Shown here piece by piece: positions 38,401 to 46,082 of a stretch of 64,000 bases of DNA. Position 1 is the stretch's first letter, and every line of letters begins with the position of its first letter. The notes beneath the pieces are model-generated. The model did not search any database and was not told the DNA's origin. It worked only from the letters and a program-made list of their open reading frames with translations. Source of the DNA: an uncultured Muribaculum sp. (GTDB lineage Bacteria > Bacteroidota > Bacteroidia > Bacteroidales > Muribaculaceae); assembly GCA_964637445.1 (NCBI GenBank), contig CAZWWS010000001.1, positions 29,004-93,003 of the forward strand, given 5' to 3'. A program made the position numbers and the translations under genes.

Positions 38401-39316
38401 CTGAATACTCGAATGCTTTATATGTTACTCCATTTAGAGTTGTCGAAATGTTTGAAGTCGCTCCGGGGAACGTACCGAACAATTCGGCATCGCCACTTGC
38501 GTAAAGAGCCAAATTATCCCATCCGGTTACATCTTCGATATAGATATAGTTGGTATTGTCATTCGTGTATTCAATATCGATGGTAATATTGTCGATAGCA
38601 AGTCCCATTGCTTTATTGGGAGAAGAACCTGACGCAACGGAGATATTCCACGCAACATATAACTCTGACTCAGAAGCGACGTCAAGTAAAAATGTCTTAT
38701 TAGCAACGTTTACGGTTTCAATTGGGACGATTTCTGCTCCTAAAGTTTCGTTGTCGGGTGAGAAGAGTGTGTAAAAATCATCTCCGGCGTTGGTCCAATT
38801 GGTACCATCGATTGAATAGTATACTTGTACAGCAAAGCCTGCTGAGTTATCGCCTTTACGATATTTTTCAATGTCGTAGTTTAGCGTGATTTTAGAAATG
38901 GATTTTTCAGCTGCATTATAAATCTTTGAAATTAGATTTACGCATCTCGTGCCATTCGATACTGTGGTCGATAGTCCTCCAATTGCACGATCAGATGGAG
39001 TAGAACTTGAACCGAAATTCCAAGTCCCATTCGTAGCATTACTTGCAAGGCTGACGCCTCCGGCATACATTAAGTCTTGTGTGGCATTGGAAAAACTACC
39101 AATTGTGCGAGGGGCTGTCAACTGGCGTTCTACATACCAGCCATCGGGCATTGTTAAAGTCCCGGACTGAGTGGTTTCGTCCCACATTGAGTCGAAGTTT
39201 TGCTCTACTTGGGTTGTTTCAACATCAACGTTGATTGCATTTTGTGCAGTCGTTGGTAAAAATAAACCTAAGCAGCTCATTACGACAAAATTTCGTAGTA
39301 AATTTCTTTTGCGCAT
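35417..39316 (-). CDS. T9SS-secreted multidomain protein: DUF4886/SGNH-like esterase core with starch-binding-type (CBM25/26-like) modules
   Basis: The 1299-aa protein has a signal peptide and the order [unassigned ~210-aa module + CBM26-like], 2 beta-sandwich modules (GTFKVADANW...), a DUF4886-like core, an Ig-like domain, [second copy of module + CBM26-like] and a T9SS CTD. Confidence 0.85.
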   Translation of the reverse strand: MRKRNLLRNFVVMSCLGLFLPTTAQNAINVDVETTQVEQNFDSMWDETTQSGTLTMPDGWYVERQLTAPRTIGSFSNATQDLMYAGGVSLASNATNGTWNFGSSSTPSDRAIGGLSTTVSNGTRCVNLISKIYNAAEKSISKITLNYDIEKYRKGDNSAGFAVQVYYSIDGTNWTNAGDDFYTLFSPDNETLGAEIVPIETVNVANKTFLLDVASESELYVAWNISVASGSSPNKAMGLAIDNITIDIEYTNDNTNYIYIEDVTGWDNLALYASGDAELFGTFPGATSNISTTLNGVTYKAFEYSGQGNYTLQINDNGGGNQLTDFAISGGKDYYLCATADEVSEISDPSTYTGWVDPNRPAFVSSGIYLRGEVNSWEAYSDWEFSNEGDGTYVLYDKTINGTFKVADANWSSSCNYGTNGSSIMMDTPYTLVAGTDGNISCGGNTYECSRIVLSINDGEATLLLESDDDSANLTSVYIIGDNNEWNYMNTSGELKLTETADVFAGRVTMSAGTSGNCQWRLYQRLGMSGVWGAANNNDAIEPATSGVLEKGSTGKVSTPAGTYDVTFNVSTGEYTMEAVGSYAVEMSLQPQNVVLVPTMPESVKVLSLNNSLIHYNDQAAVFNEIASAMGKDAHWTKHTMLGKPLSTHYDEGDGLGADGTPTAKMLVRTDAWSHIILQEQSALPRTNIETFRANVKQWVDYIREYCPNPNAIIILPMNWAYSGDWGNFTDYNQKFHDNYLDVARDLGVTICPVAMAYQAIYDAEGSESTQTLYSDDRHPTPKATYLAACMEYSLIYGENATNITHTISDVPEVDAASMRRYAALALSNFKNVVDHNAGIIRFSNVIYDQFGMPIESETPVEFTLSGGGNFNEELIYTSDKTLGEYTLKASTDNFTSTATIVVAEAETEVIVYPAIKLNEDVLTAEENFNAIGSNADATLPEAWRIDKQTSAPRIVGTYPTALSNTTYSGGVDLPSNAKNGLWNFGSTDDSDRAIGGISTGVDNGTRCVNVYAHLFNDGKTNLENLIISYDIEKYRKGANAAGFAVQLYYSIDGRNFTSAGDKFYTYFEKDDATEGYTDVPGETRSVSDVLDTNLQAGCDLYLAWNITVASGDAANAAMALAIDNFSISASLPEIPDSEHYIYVIDNTGWASLGLYAWGTSELFGAWPGQAVQGTTEIEGNTYKVFTLNATSGSYNLIFNNWNNGEQLADYTISEMRDYYFLIDKENGVTEISSEISNVEIDNCSISIVGNVAKSDGEISVYNINGQLILKGENCVNLSNILSGVYILKAQNSTIKIIR
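35420..35614 (-). other. T9SS C-terminal sorting domain
   Basis: ...GEISVYNINGQLILKGENCVNLSNILSGVYILKAQNSTIKIIR matches the Por-secretion-tail pattern. Confidence 0.8.
35621..36544 (-). repeat. intragenic duplication, copy 2 (aa ~925-1232)
   Basis: EAWRIDKQTSAPRIVGTY...WNFGSTDDSDRAIGGISTGVDNGTRCVN...YDIEKYRKGANAAGFAVQLYYSIDG...LAIDNFSI + YIYVIDNTGWASLGLYAWG...GAWPG...LIFNN aligns with copy 1. Confidence 0.8.
36902..37510 (-). other. DUF4886 / SGNH-hydrolase-like domain
   Basis: The motifs are VKVLSLNNSL..., WSHIILQEQS, IILPMNWAY, ICPVAMAYQ and LYSDDRHPTPKATYLAACMEYSLIYGE (a Ser...Asp-x-x-His pattern). Confidence 0.65.
38282..39211 (-). repeat. intragenic duplication, copy 1 (aa ~36-345)
   Basis: DGWYVERQLTAPRTIGSF...WNFGSSSTPSDRAIGGLSTTVSNGTRCVN...YDIEKYRKGDNSAGFAVQVYYSIDG...LAIDNITI + YIYIEDVTGWDNLALYASG... 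Confidence 0.8.
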
Positions 39317-39365
39317 GGTATTTTGGCTTTAGTTAATAAAAATTCTTATGAGATCTTATAATACG

Positions 39366-39381
39366 TAACTTTGCAAAGTTA
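39366..39381. promoter_or_regulatory. perfect 16-bp palindrome made of two back-to-back -7 boxes
   Basis: TAACTTTGCAAAGTTA reads TAACTTTG on both strands. The minus-strand box lies 58 nt upstream of the 1299-aa gene ATG. Confidence 0.45.
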
Positions 39382-39556
39382 GTGATAAATATATTTATCA
39401 GGTTTATAACCTTTGTCGAAATAAATAAAAATCAAGGATGGCGACATTCGTAAAATGTTAAGAATTAGTGGACTAAATGCTTGTTATGTGCGTTAAATCA
39501 AACTTTGGTTGATATTTTAGTGCTCAGAAAATTTAATACTATTCAGAGATAATCAC

Positions 39557-39564
39557 TACATTTG
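39557..39564 (+). promoter_or_regulatory. -7 box TACATTTG
   Basis: A TAnnTTTG match lies 23 nt upstream of the ATG at 39587. Confidence 0.4.
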
Positions 39565-39586
39565 TAGTCGAAATATATAAAGATTA

Positions 39587-40327
39587 ATGATGTTAGGTTT
39601 TTTCAAGAAAAAAGAAGTCCCCTCGCAATTATTTTTCTCGACGGATATACACTGCCATATAATACCGGGTATTGATGATGGTTCTCCGGATGTTGGTACA
39701 TCTGTTGAGTTAATCGAGCGAATGCAAGGGTGGGGCATAAATAGAATTATTGCAAGTCCTCATGTAACTATGGGGACATTCGAAAATACGCCATCTACGA
39801 TTGGTAATGCCTTGTCGGCTTTGAAAAATGAATTAGATAGCAAGAATAACAATATTGATATATCACATTCTGCGGAATATCGTATTGATGAGAATTTTGT
39901 TCGTCAAATAGAAGCAAATGCAATTGTTCCTCTGCCGAACAATTATCTTCTTGTCGAAAACTCTTTTCTACAAGAACCATGGGGATTGGATCAGTTTTTA
40001 TTTGATTTAAAGGTAAAAGGTTTTATGCCAATACTTGCCCATCCCGAACGGTATATATATTATACGACGGGCAAACGTACGCGTTACGACGAATTGCATT
40101 CGACAGGAACATTGTTCCAAATAAATCTGCTTAGTTTGGCCGGATATTATGGTAGTAGTGAACGCAAAATTGCAGAATATCTTATAGAAAAAGGGTATGC
40201 CGATTTTATCGGTACCGACTTGCACAATCATCGTCATGCTGATTGTATCGACAAATACTTAGCATCGAAAGAATATCGCAAGCATCAACAGGCTTTGCAT
40301 GTGAAAAATGATATTGCTTTTAAGTGA
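39587..40327 (+). CDS. PHP-family tyrosine-protein phosphatase (CpsB/YwqE-like)
   Basis: The 246-aa protein has DIHCHIIPGIDDGSPD, ASPH, LAHPERY and GTDLHN metal-binding motifs. Confidence 0.8.
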   Translation: MMLGFFKKKEVPSQLFFSTDIHCHIIPGIDDGSPDVGTSVELIERMQGWGINRIIASPHVTMGTFENTPSTIGNALSALKNELDSKNNNIDISHSAEYRIDENFVRQIEANAIVPLPNNYLLVENSFLQEPWGLDQFLFDLKVKGFMPILAHPERYIYYTTGKRTRYDELHSTGTLFQINLLSLAGYYGSSERKIAEYLIEKGYADFIGTDLHNHRHADCIDKYLASKEYRKHQQALHVKNDIAFK

Positions 40328-40344
40328 TTATTACAACATATTAA

Positions 40345-40383
40345 AATATCCCGGCAATAGAGAAATTGTCGGGATATTTTTGT
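40345..40383. terminator. hairpin + T tract between convergent genes
   Basis: AATATCCCG...CGGGATATT followed by TTTTG. Confidence 0.6.
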
Positions 40384-40401
40384 GTTGCCTTGAAATATGT
40401 T

Positions 40402-42774
40402 TTAATCGAATACTCCTTCGATTGATTCATCAGTTACTTCGTCTTCAAACTCTCCATAATAAGAGCCTTCACATAGGTCTATGTTGGGAAATGTGAATGT
40501 TGTCTCTTGCGAGTATGGCAATGTCTTGTCGGCATAAACTTTCTTTATGTAGTGACCATATATTGGAAGTGCCATTGATGCTCCTTGTCCGTATGCCATA
40601 CCGTTGAAGTGTATATAGCGCTCTTCTCCACCAACCCAAACTCCGGATACTAATTGAGGTGTGAATCCCATAAACCATCCGTCAGCATTATAGTTTGTGG
40701 TACCGGTTTTTCCTCCCATTTGAGCTGTAATGTTGTATGGCGCTCGGCGTAGTCTGTTACCTGTACCGCTATCCACAACGTTGAGGAGAATTGAAAGAAT
40801 GCGATAATAGGCTGTTTCGCTGATTACTTCTGTATGCTTAGGCGTAAATTCTGCTATAATATTCCCGTTAGCATCAGCTATTGCAGTAACAAAAATTGGG
40901 TCAACTCGCATACCCTTATTAGCAAAAGCAGAATAAGCTGTCACCATTTCTTTGACGGTAACATCGCATGAGCCAAGGCACAATGACATTACCGGATCAA
41001 TATGGCTTGTGATGCCGAAATTGTGCATATTGCGAGCTAAAGTGGATGGTGATAGTTGCTCCATTAGTCGAGCCGATATCCAGTTGTTGGAGTTAGTTAA
41101 TGCCCATCTTAAATCTACCATTTCGCCTACACGTGCGTTACCGGCATTTCGTGGCGACCATGGCCTTCCGGATTCGTCGATAATCGTTGGCTGCTCATTG
41201 AGAAATTGGTCGCATGGAGTAAACCCTTCTTCCATTGCGTACGTATATAGGAAAGGTTTGATAGTAGAACCGATTTGTCGTCGACCGGTCGAAACCATAT
41301 CATATTGGAAGAATGTGAAATTAGGACCTCCTACATATGCTTTGACATGACCATTTGTCGGATCCATTGACATAAAACCTGTGCGAAGGAAATGCTTATG
41401 ATATAATATCGAGTCGCGTGGAGTCATTGTAGTGTCGATAGTCCCGGTTTCATAGCTGAATACTTTCATATCGATAGGTTCATTGAATGCAGCAAGGATG
41501 TCTTTTTCGCTTTTCCCTGCTTTTTTCATTACTCGATACCTATCGCTCTGATGGATAGCATTGTTTATGAGTTTTTGAAGTTGTGCCGATGATAACTCTT
41601 CGCGGTTGGTTGTGTATGGAGCCCCCTTTACACCTCGCTTCTCCTTGAAGAACTGAGGTTGTAAGTAGCCTCTGAAATGTTTGTTTACGGCTTCTTCGGC
41701 ATATTGTTGCATTCTTGAGTCGATGGTGGTAAATATTTTCAACCCATCTGTGTAGATATTATATTTAGTGCCATCCGGTTTGGGGTTCTTCTCAATCCAA
41801 CCAAACAAAGGATTATTCTCCCATGCAATAGAGTCGTCAACATATTTTTGTTTTTCCCATGATTCGTAGTCGCTGAGAAGAGGCTTTTTAGCCCGTAGTA
41901 TTCGGCGTAGCTCTTCGCGGAAATATGGGGCAAGACCATCTTTATGGTCTACACGATGAAATTTAAGCTCAAGGGGCAGTTGTTTTAGAGAATCACATTC
42001 TGCCTCTGTGATGTATCCGGATTTTTCCATCTGTTCGAATACTACGTTTCGACGATCACGAGTCCTCTCGTTGCGTCTTACCGGATTGTAATATGATGGA
42101 TTCTTTACCATTCCGACCAATGTTGCGGCTTCTTCGATTGAGAGTTCTTTAGGATCCTTTCCGAAATATACATATGCGGCGGATTTTATACCTACGGCAT
42201 TATATAAAAAGTCAAATTGGTTCAAGTACATTCGGATAATTTCATCTTTCGTATAGTAGCGTTCGAGTTTAATTGCTATCATCCACTCGATAGGCTTTTG
42301 TAACGCACGCTCAAATACATTCTCCGACGATGGTGAGTATAGCTGTTTTGCAAGTTGCTGGGTAATTGTAGAGCCACCTCCTGCATTCTTTTGACCCATC
42401 AAAACAGTTTTTACCATCACACGCATCATTGCTCTAAGATCAATTCCGGAGTGTTCTTCAAAACGAGAATCTTCAGTGGCAATAAGGGCATCAATTACGT
42501 GTTGGGATATATCGTCAATGTCTACATATACGCGATTTCCCGTATTCTGATAATATCGACCAAGTTCTTCGCCATCTGCTGAGTATATGACCGAGGCAAA
42601 TTTGTCTTTTGGGTTTTTCAATTCTTCAACAGGGGGCATATAACCGATTACACCATTGTATATCAATACAAAAAATAGAAAAACGACTAATACTAAACAC
42701 AAAAAAGTTGCCCACATTGAGGCAATGATGCGACTATACGATTTTCGTGATGTTTTTTTAACTTTGTTATCCAT
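40402..42774 (-). CDS. mrcA: penicillin-binding protein 1A (bifunctional transglycosylase/transpeptidase)
   Basis: The 790-aa protein has an N-terminal TM, GT51 motifs (ATEDSRFEEHSGID, GGSTITQQLAK) and TP motifs (STIKP, SNN, KTGTT). Confidence 0.93.
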   Translation of the reverse strand: MDNKVKKTSRKSYSRIIASMWATFLCLVLVVFLFFVLIYNGVIGYMPPVEELKNPKDKFASVIYSADGEELGRYYQNTGNRVYVDIDDISQHVIDALIATEDSRFEEHSGIDLRAMMRVMVKTVLMGQKNAGGGSTITQQLAKQLYSPSSENVFERALQKPIEWMIAIKLERYYTKDEIIRMYLNQFDFLYNAVGIKSAAYVYFGKDPKELSIEEAATLVGMVKNPSYYNPVRRNERTRDRRNVVFEQMEKSGYITEAECDSLKQLPLELKFHRVDHKDGLAPYFREELRRILRAKKPLLSDYESWEKQKYVDDSIAWENNPLFGWIEKNPKPDGTKYNIYTDGLKIFTTIDSRMQQYAEEAVNKHFRGYLQPQFFKEKRGVKGAPYTTNREELSSAQLQKLINNAIHQSDRYRVMKKAGKSEKDILAAFNEPIDMKVFSYETGTIDTTMTPRDSILYHKHFLRTGFMSMDPTNGHVKAYVGGPNFTFFQYDMVSTGRRQIGSTIKPFLYTYAMEEGFTPCDQFLNEQPTIIDESGRPWSPRNAGNARVGEMVDLRWALTNSNNWISARLMEQLSPSTLARNMHNFGITSHIDPVMSLCLGSCDVTVKEMVTAYSAFANKGMRVDPIFVTAIADANGNIIAEFTPKHTEVISETAYYRILSILLNVVDSGTGNRLRRAPYNITAQMGGKTGTTNYNADGWFMGFTPQLVSGVWVGGEERYIHFNGMAYGQGASMALPIYGHYIKKVYADKTLPYSQETTFTFPNIDLCEGSYYGEFEDEVTDESIEGVFD

Positions 42775-42815
42775 TACGATGAATGATAAGTACCTACATA
42801 GGCATATTAATAGTG

Positions 42816-42823
42816 CAAAGGTA
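42816..42823 (-). promoter_or_regulatory. -7 box TACCTTTG (minus strand) for PBP1A
   Basis: A TAnnTTTG match lies 42 nt upstream of the ATG at 42774. Confidence 0.4.
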
Positions 42824-42907
42824 ATAAATTAATCGATTGACGCAAAGATAATATTTGCATTGCTTAGGATTTTTCTCTACCTTTACCACTAATTTACATT
42901 TCTCATC

Positions 42908-45366
42908 ATGGCAGAGTCTTATGCTGAGGTCTTACTACCTCTTCCGTTATATTCTACATTCACATACCACATACCCAATGAATTGTTATATAAACTAAAG
43001 GTCGGGTATCGGGTAATCGTACCTTTTGGACGAAAAAAATTCTATACAGGTATTGTTGCAGCTATTTCTACGGTGGCTCCGGATGGTTATGAGGTTAAGG
43101 ACATTGCGATGATTTTGGAAAACTATCCCATAGTTAAACACCCTCAACTCAAATTCTGGGATTGGATTTCCGAATACTATTTGTGTTCACCCGGGGAGGT
43201 GTATCGAGCTGCTATGCCGGCAGGATTGAAAGTTGAAAGTGAAACATTTGTGGAACTTAATAGCGATTATGAGGAAAGTGAGGATTCCCGATTGTCAGAA
43301 AGGGAAGTGGTGATATGTCAACTGCTTGACCATGAGGGAAAGATGTCGCTTGTCGATATTGAAAAGAAAACTGAATTCCGAAATATTGGGGCTATTGTTG
43401 CTCGGCTGATTGAAAAAAGGCTGTAATTATATCGGAAAAATTAGTGGAGCGCTATCGTTCAAAAAAAGAAGTATATGTGCGATTGATCGCTCAGAATAAT
43501 GAAACATTACATGATGCATTTGATAAGCTAAAGGGAGCCAAAAAACAGGAAATGATGCTTTTGGCCCTGATTGAAATGTCAAGAGGCAAAGATGGCATAA
43601 GTAAAGAGGTGGCTCGGCGCGAATTGATTGAGCGCACAGGACTTTCGACTGCGATTCTCTCCGCTATGGCACAAAAGGGTATAGTCGAAATATTCAAAAA
43701 AGAGATAAATCGATTCAAATACAATGGCTTAGTGGCTGGAACGCTACCGGTTTTAAGTGTGCCGCAACGTGATGCGTTAGATGGAGTGCATCGAGCCTTT
43801 ATTGATAAGAGTATCACACTATTGCATGGCATTACTTCAAGTGGTAAGACCGAGATTTATATTCACTTGATTTCCTATGTAATGAATCGAGGTGATCAAG
43901 CATTGTTTCTCGTCCCGGAAATAGCGTTGACTACTCAGTTGACTCGACGATTACAACGAGTGTTTGGCGACAACGTTTTGATATATCATTCTAAATTCTC
44001 AGATAATGAAAGAGTTGATATTTGGAAACGTCTGCTCGAATCGGGGCAACCATGTGTTGTGTTAGGAGCGCGTTCTGCGATATTCCTGCCATTTACTCGT
44101 TTAGGTATCGTTATAGTCGACGAAGAACATGAACAAAGTTATAAGCAGTTTGATCCTGCTCCGAGATATAATGCTCGTGATGCTGCGATGGTGCTTGCCT
44201 CGATGCATGGGGCTAAAACTCTCCTCGGTAGTGCAACACCTTCAGTCGAGACGTATTATAAAGCTATATCGGGTAGATATGGATTAGTATCGCTCGATAA
44301 GCGATATGAAGGCGCAAATCTACCGGCGATAGAGGTGATAGATATGAGTGTAGCTCGCAAACGATATCGAGTGAAAGGTACATTTGCCGAACGAACAATG
44401 TTTTTGGCTCATAATGCGTTGGAGAAAGGAGAACAAGTCATATTTTTTCACAATCGACGCGGATATGCTCCTATGGCTCGATGCAAGATGTGCGGATGGA
44501 TCCCAAAGTGTGAGCATTGCGATGTGTCGCTCACTTATCATCGCTACCATGACGAATTGGTGTGTCATTATTGCGGTGCTACATATAAGTCATTCAGTGT
44601 TTGTCCTGCTTGTAAAGAACCCGGAGTGGAAAAATTGGGTTATGGGACAGAGCGAGTAGAGGACGAGGTGGCAAATCTGTTCCCTGATGCCAAAATATCT
44701 CGAATGGATCTTGATACAACTCGCAATAAGGACGGCTATGAAGAAATTATTGAAAATTTCTCACAGCGCAAATCTCAAATTCTTGTCGGTACTCAGATGG
44801 TGACGAAAGGATTGGACTTTGATGGTGTGAGTGTAGTAGGAGTATTGAATGCTGATACTATAATTAATTATCCCGATTTTCGAGCTACGGAACGCGCATT
44901 TAATATGCTTGAACAGGTATCGGGGCGAGCCGGGCGTCGTAATACCGAAGGGGTAGTAGCTGTGCAAACCTACCAACCGACTCATCCCATTATTGAGCAT
45001 TTGCAAAAACATGATTATAAGGGCTTTTATCAAATGGAAATAGCTGAACGTGAGCGTTATTTATATCCTCCTTTCACTCGACTTATTTATATTTATCTAA
45101 AACATCGTGACGATGATGTAGTGTGTGAGATGGCTGCTATATATGGAAACAAACTGCGAGAGTTGTTTGGTAATCGTGTGTTTGGCCCCGAGGAACCTGC
45201 TGTTTCGCGAGTTCAATCGCTATATATTCGCAAAATAATGCTCAAAATAGAAGTAACCGCTTCGATGAAAAAAGTGAAAACAATATTGCGCGATTTATAT
45301 GAGCGTATGCACGAAAATCCACGCATGAAAGGTATTGTAATTTATTATGATGTAGACCCAATGTAA
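42908..45366 (+). pseudogene. priA: primosomal protein N' (PriA), reading frame broken by a 1-nt deletion in an A-run (or a sequencing error)
   Basis: ORF 42908-43426 is the PriA N-terminal domain. ORF 43444-45366 is the helicase core (GITSSGKTE, DEEH), Cys-rich zinc region (CxxC x4) and C-terminal domain. The downstream frame is already open from 43414 (KKAVIISEKLVERY...). One extra A in the A6 run at 43413-43418 would fuse the frames. Confidence 0.85.
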
Positions 45367-45373
45367 GTTTCGT

Positions 45374-45749
45374 ATGATAAAATCGATGTTGATTGCCGGT
45401 ATTGGAGGCTTTGTTGGTACATGTGGCAGATATTTAATTGGACGATGGTGTGCATCAATGTTTAATGTAATGGCTCATTTTAATTAGGCACATTTTTGGT
45501 AATATAATCGGAAGCTTTTGCATCGGGTTGCTATTCGGAATGATGGAACGCACCAATATCCTATCGGCTCATTCCTCGATATTATTGATTACCGGATTTT
45601 GCGGTGGGTTTACGACTTTCTCTACGTTTGCCAATGACATGGTTGTCCTATCCTCGAAAGACGAGGGTACAACGTTTATTCTATACTTACTGCCAAGCAT
45701 CATAGTAGGCATAGCCTACGTATGGCTCGGCCACTATCTAATCCGCTAA
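45374..45749 (+). pseudogene. crcB: fluoride channel CrcB/Fluc, broken by two 1-nt deletions (or sequencing errors)
   Basis: Frame 0 gives MIKSMLIAGIGGFVGTCGRYLIGRW...MAHFN-stop (TAG 45485-45487). Frame +2 gives GTFLV. Frame +1 gives NIIGSFCIGLLFG...GFCGGFTTFSTF... Restoring one base near 45483-45486 and one near 45500-45502 gives the conserved ...GTFLVNIIGSF... motif. Confidence 0.75.
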
Positions 45750-45812
45750 AAATAAGGATATTTTGTTCTGATAATCTGCTCATTGAAATTTTTGTATTGT
45801 CAGATTATTTTG

Positions 45813-45820
45813 TAACTTTG
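45813..45820 (+). promoter_or_regulatory. -7 box TAACTTTG
   Basis: A TAnnTTTG match lies 10 nt upstream of the ATG at 45830. Confidence 0.35.
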
Positions 45821-45829
45821 TAATTGTAT

Positions 45830-46081
45830 ATGAAAAACAGGAAAAAGAATGACATTGCTTTTGATGATTACATCAAGGCATGTCGAAAGGCATCGCGTGA
45901 GATTGAACTCGAACGCAATGGCGGTCGTTGGATAGCTAAGGATCGACCACACAAAAGTAAGAAACAATACAATCGCCGTAGGGATCGTCGGGTTACTCTT
46001 GACGATCCTTTTAATTTATTTACGAGTGTTATTTTGCAATTGCGATGTAGTTATCGTAACTTTGCACTACAATTAAGATAG
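45830..46081 (+). CDS. small basic hypothetical protein
   Basis: The 83-aa protein is Lys/Arg-rich (MKNRKKNDIAFDDYIKACRKASREIELERNGG...HKSKKQYNRRRDRR). Its 3' end overlaps the tgt promoter box. Confidence 0.35.
   Translation: MKNRKKNDIAFDDYIKACRKASREIELERNGGRWIAKDRPHKSKKQYNRRRDRRVTLDDPFNLFTSVILQLRCSYRNFALQLR
46057..46064 (+). promoter_or_regulatory. -7 box TAACTTTG for tgt
   Basis: A TAnnTTTG match lies 19 nt upstream of the ATG at 46083. Confidence 0.4.
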
Positions 46082-46082
46082 A

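Noticed and set aside
39401-39413. A shared operator for the two DUF6377-like regulators (AGGTTtatAACCT here versus ATACCTAAttTTAGGTAT at 8522-8539).
   Set aside because: Both contain AGGT/ACCT half-sites, but in opposite arrangement and with different spacing. The similarity is too weak to claim a common motif by eye.
43409-43420. Programmed -1 ribosomal frameshifting at the priA A-run (resemblance to the dnaX A_AAA_AAG heptamer).
   Set aside because: The heptamer is in register with the downstream frame, not the incoming zero frame (GAA AAA AGG). I see no obvious stimulatory structure, and priA is not known to use recoding. An indel is the simpler explanation.
45367-45373. A fluoride riboswitch expected upstream of crcB.
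   Set aside because: Only 7 nt separate the priA stop from the crcB ATG, which leaves no room for the crcB motif.
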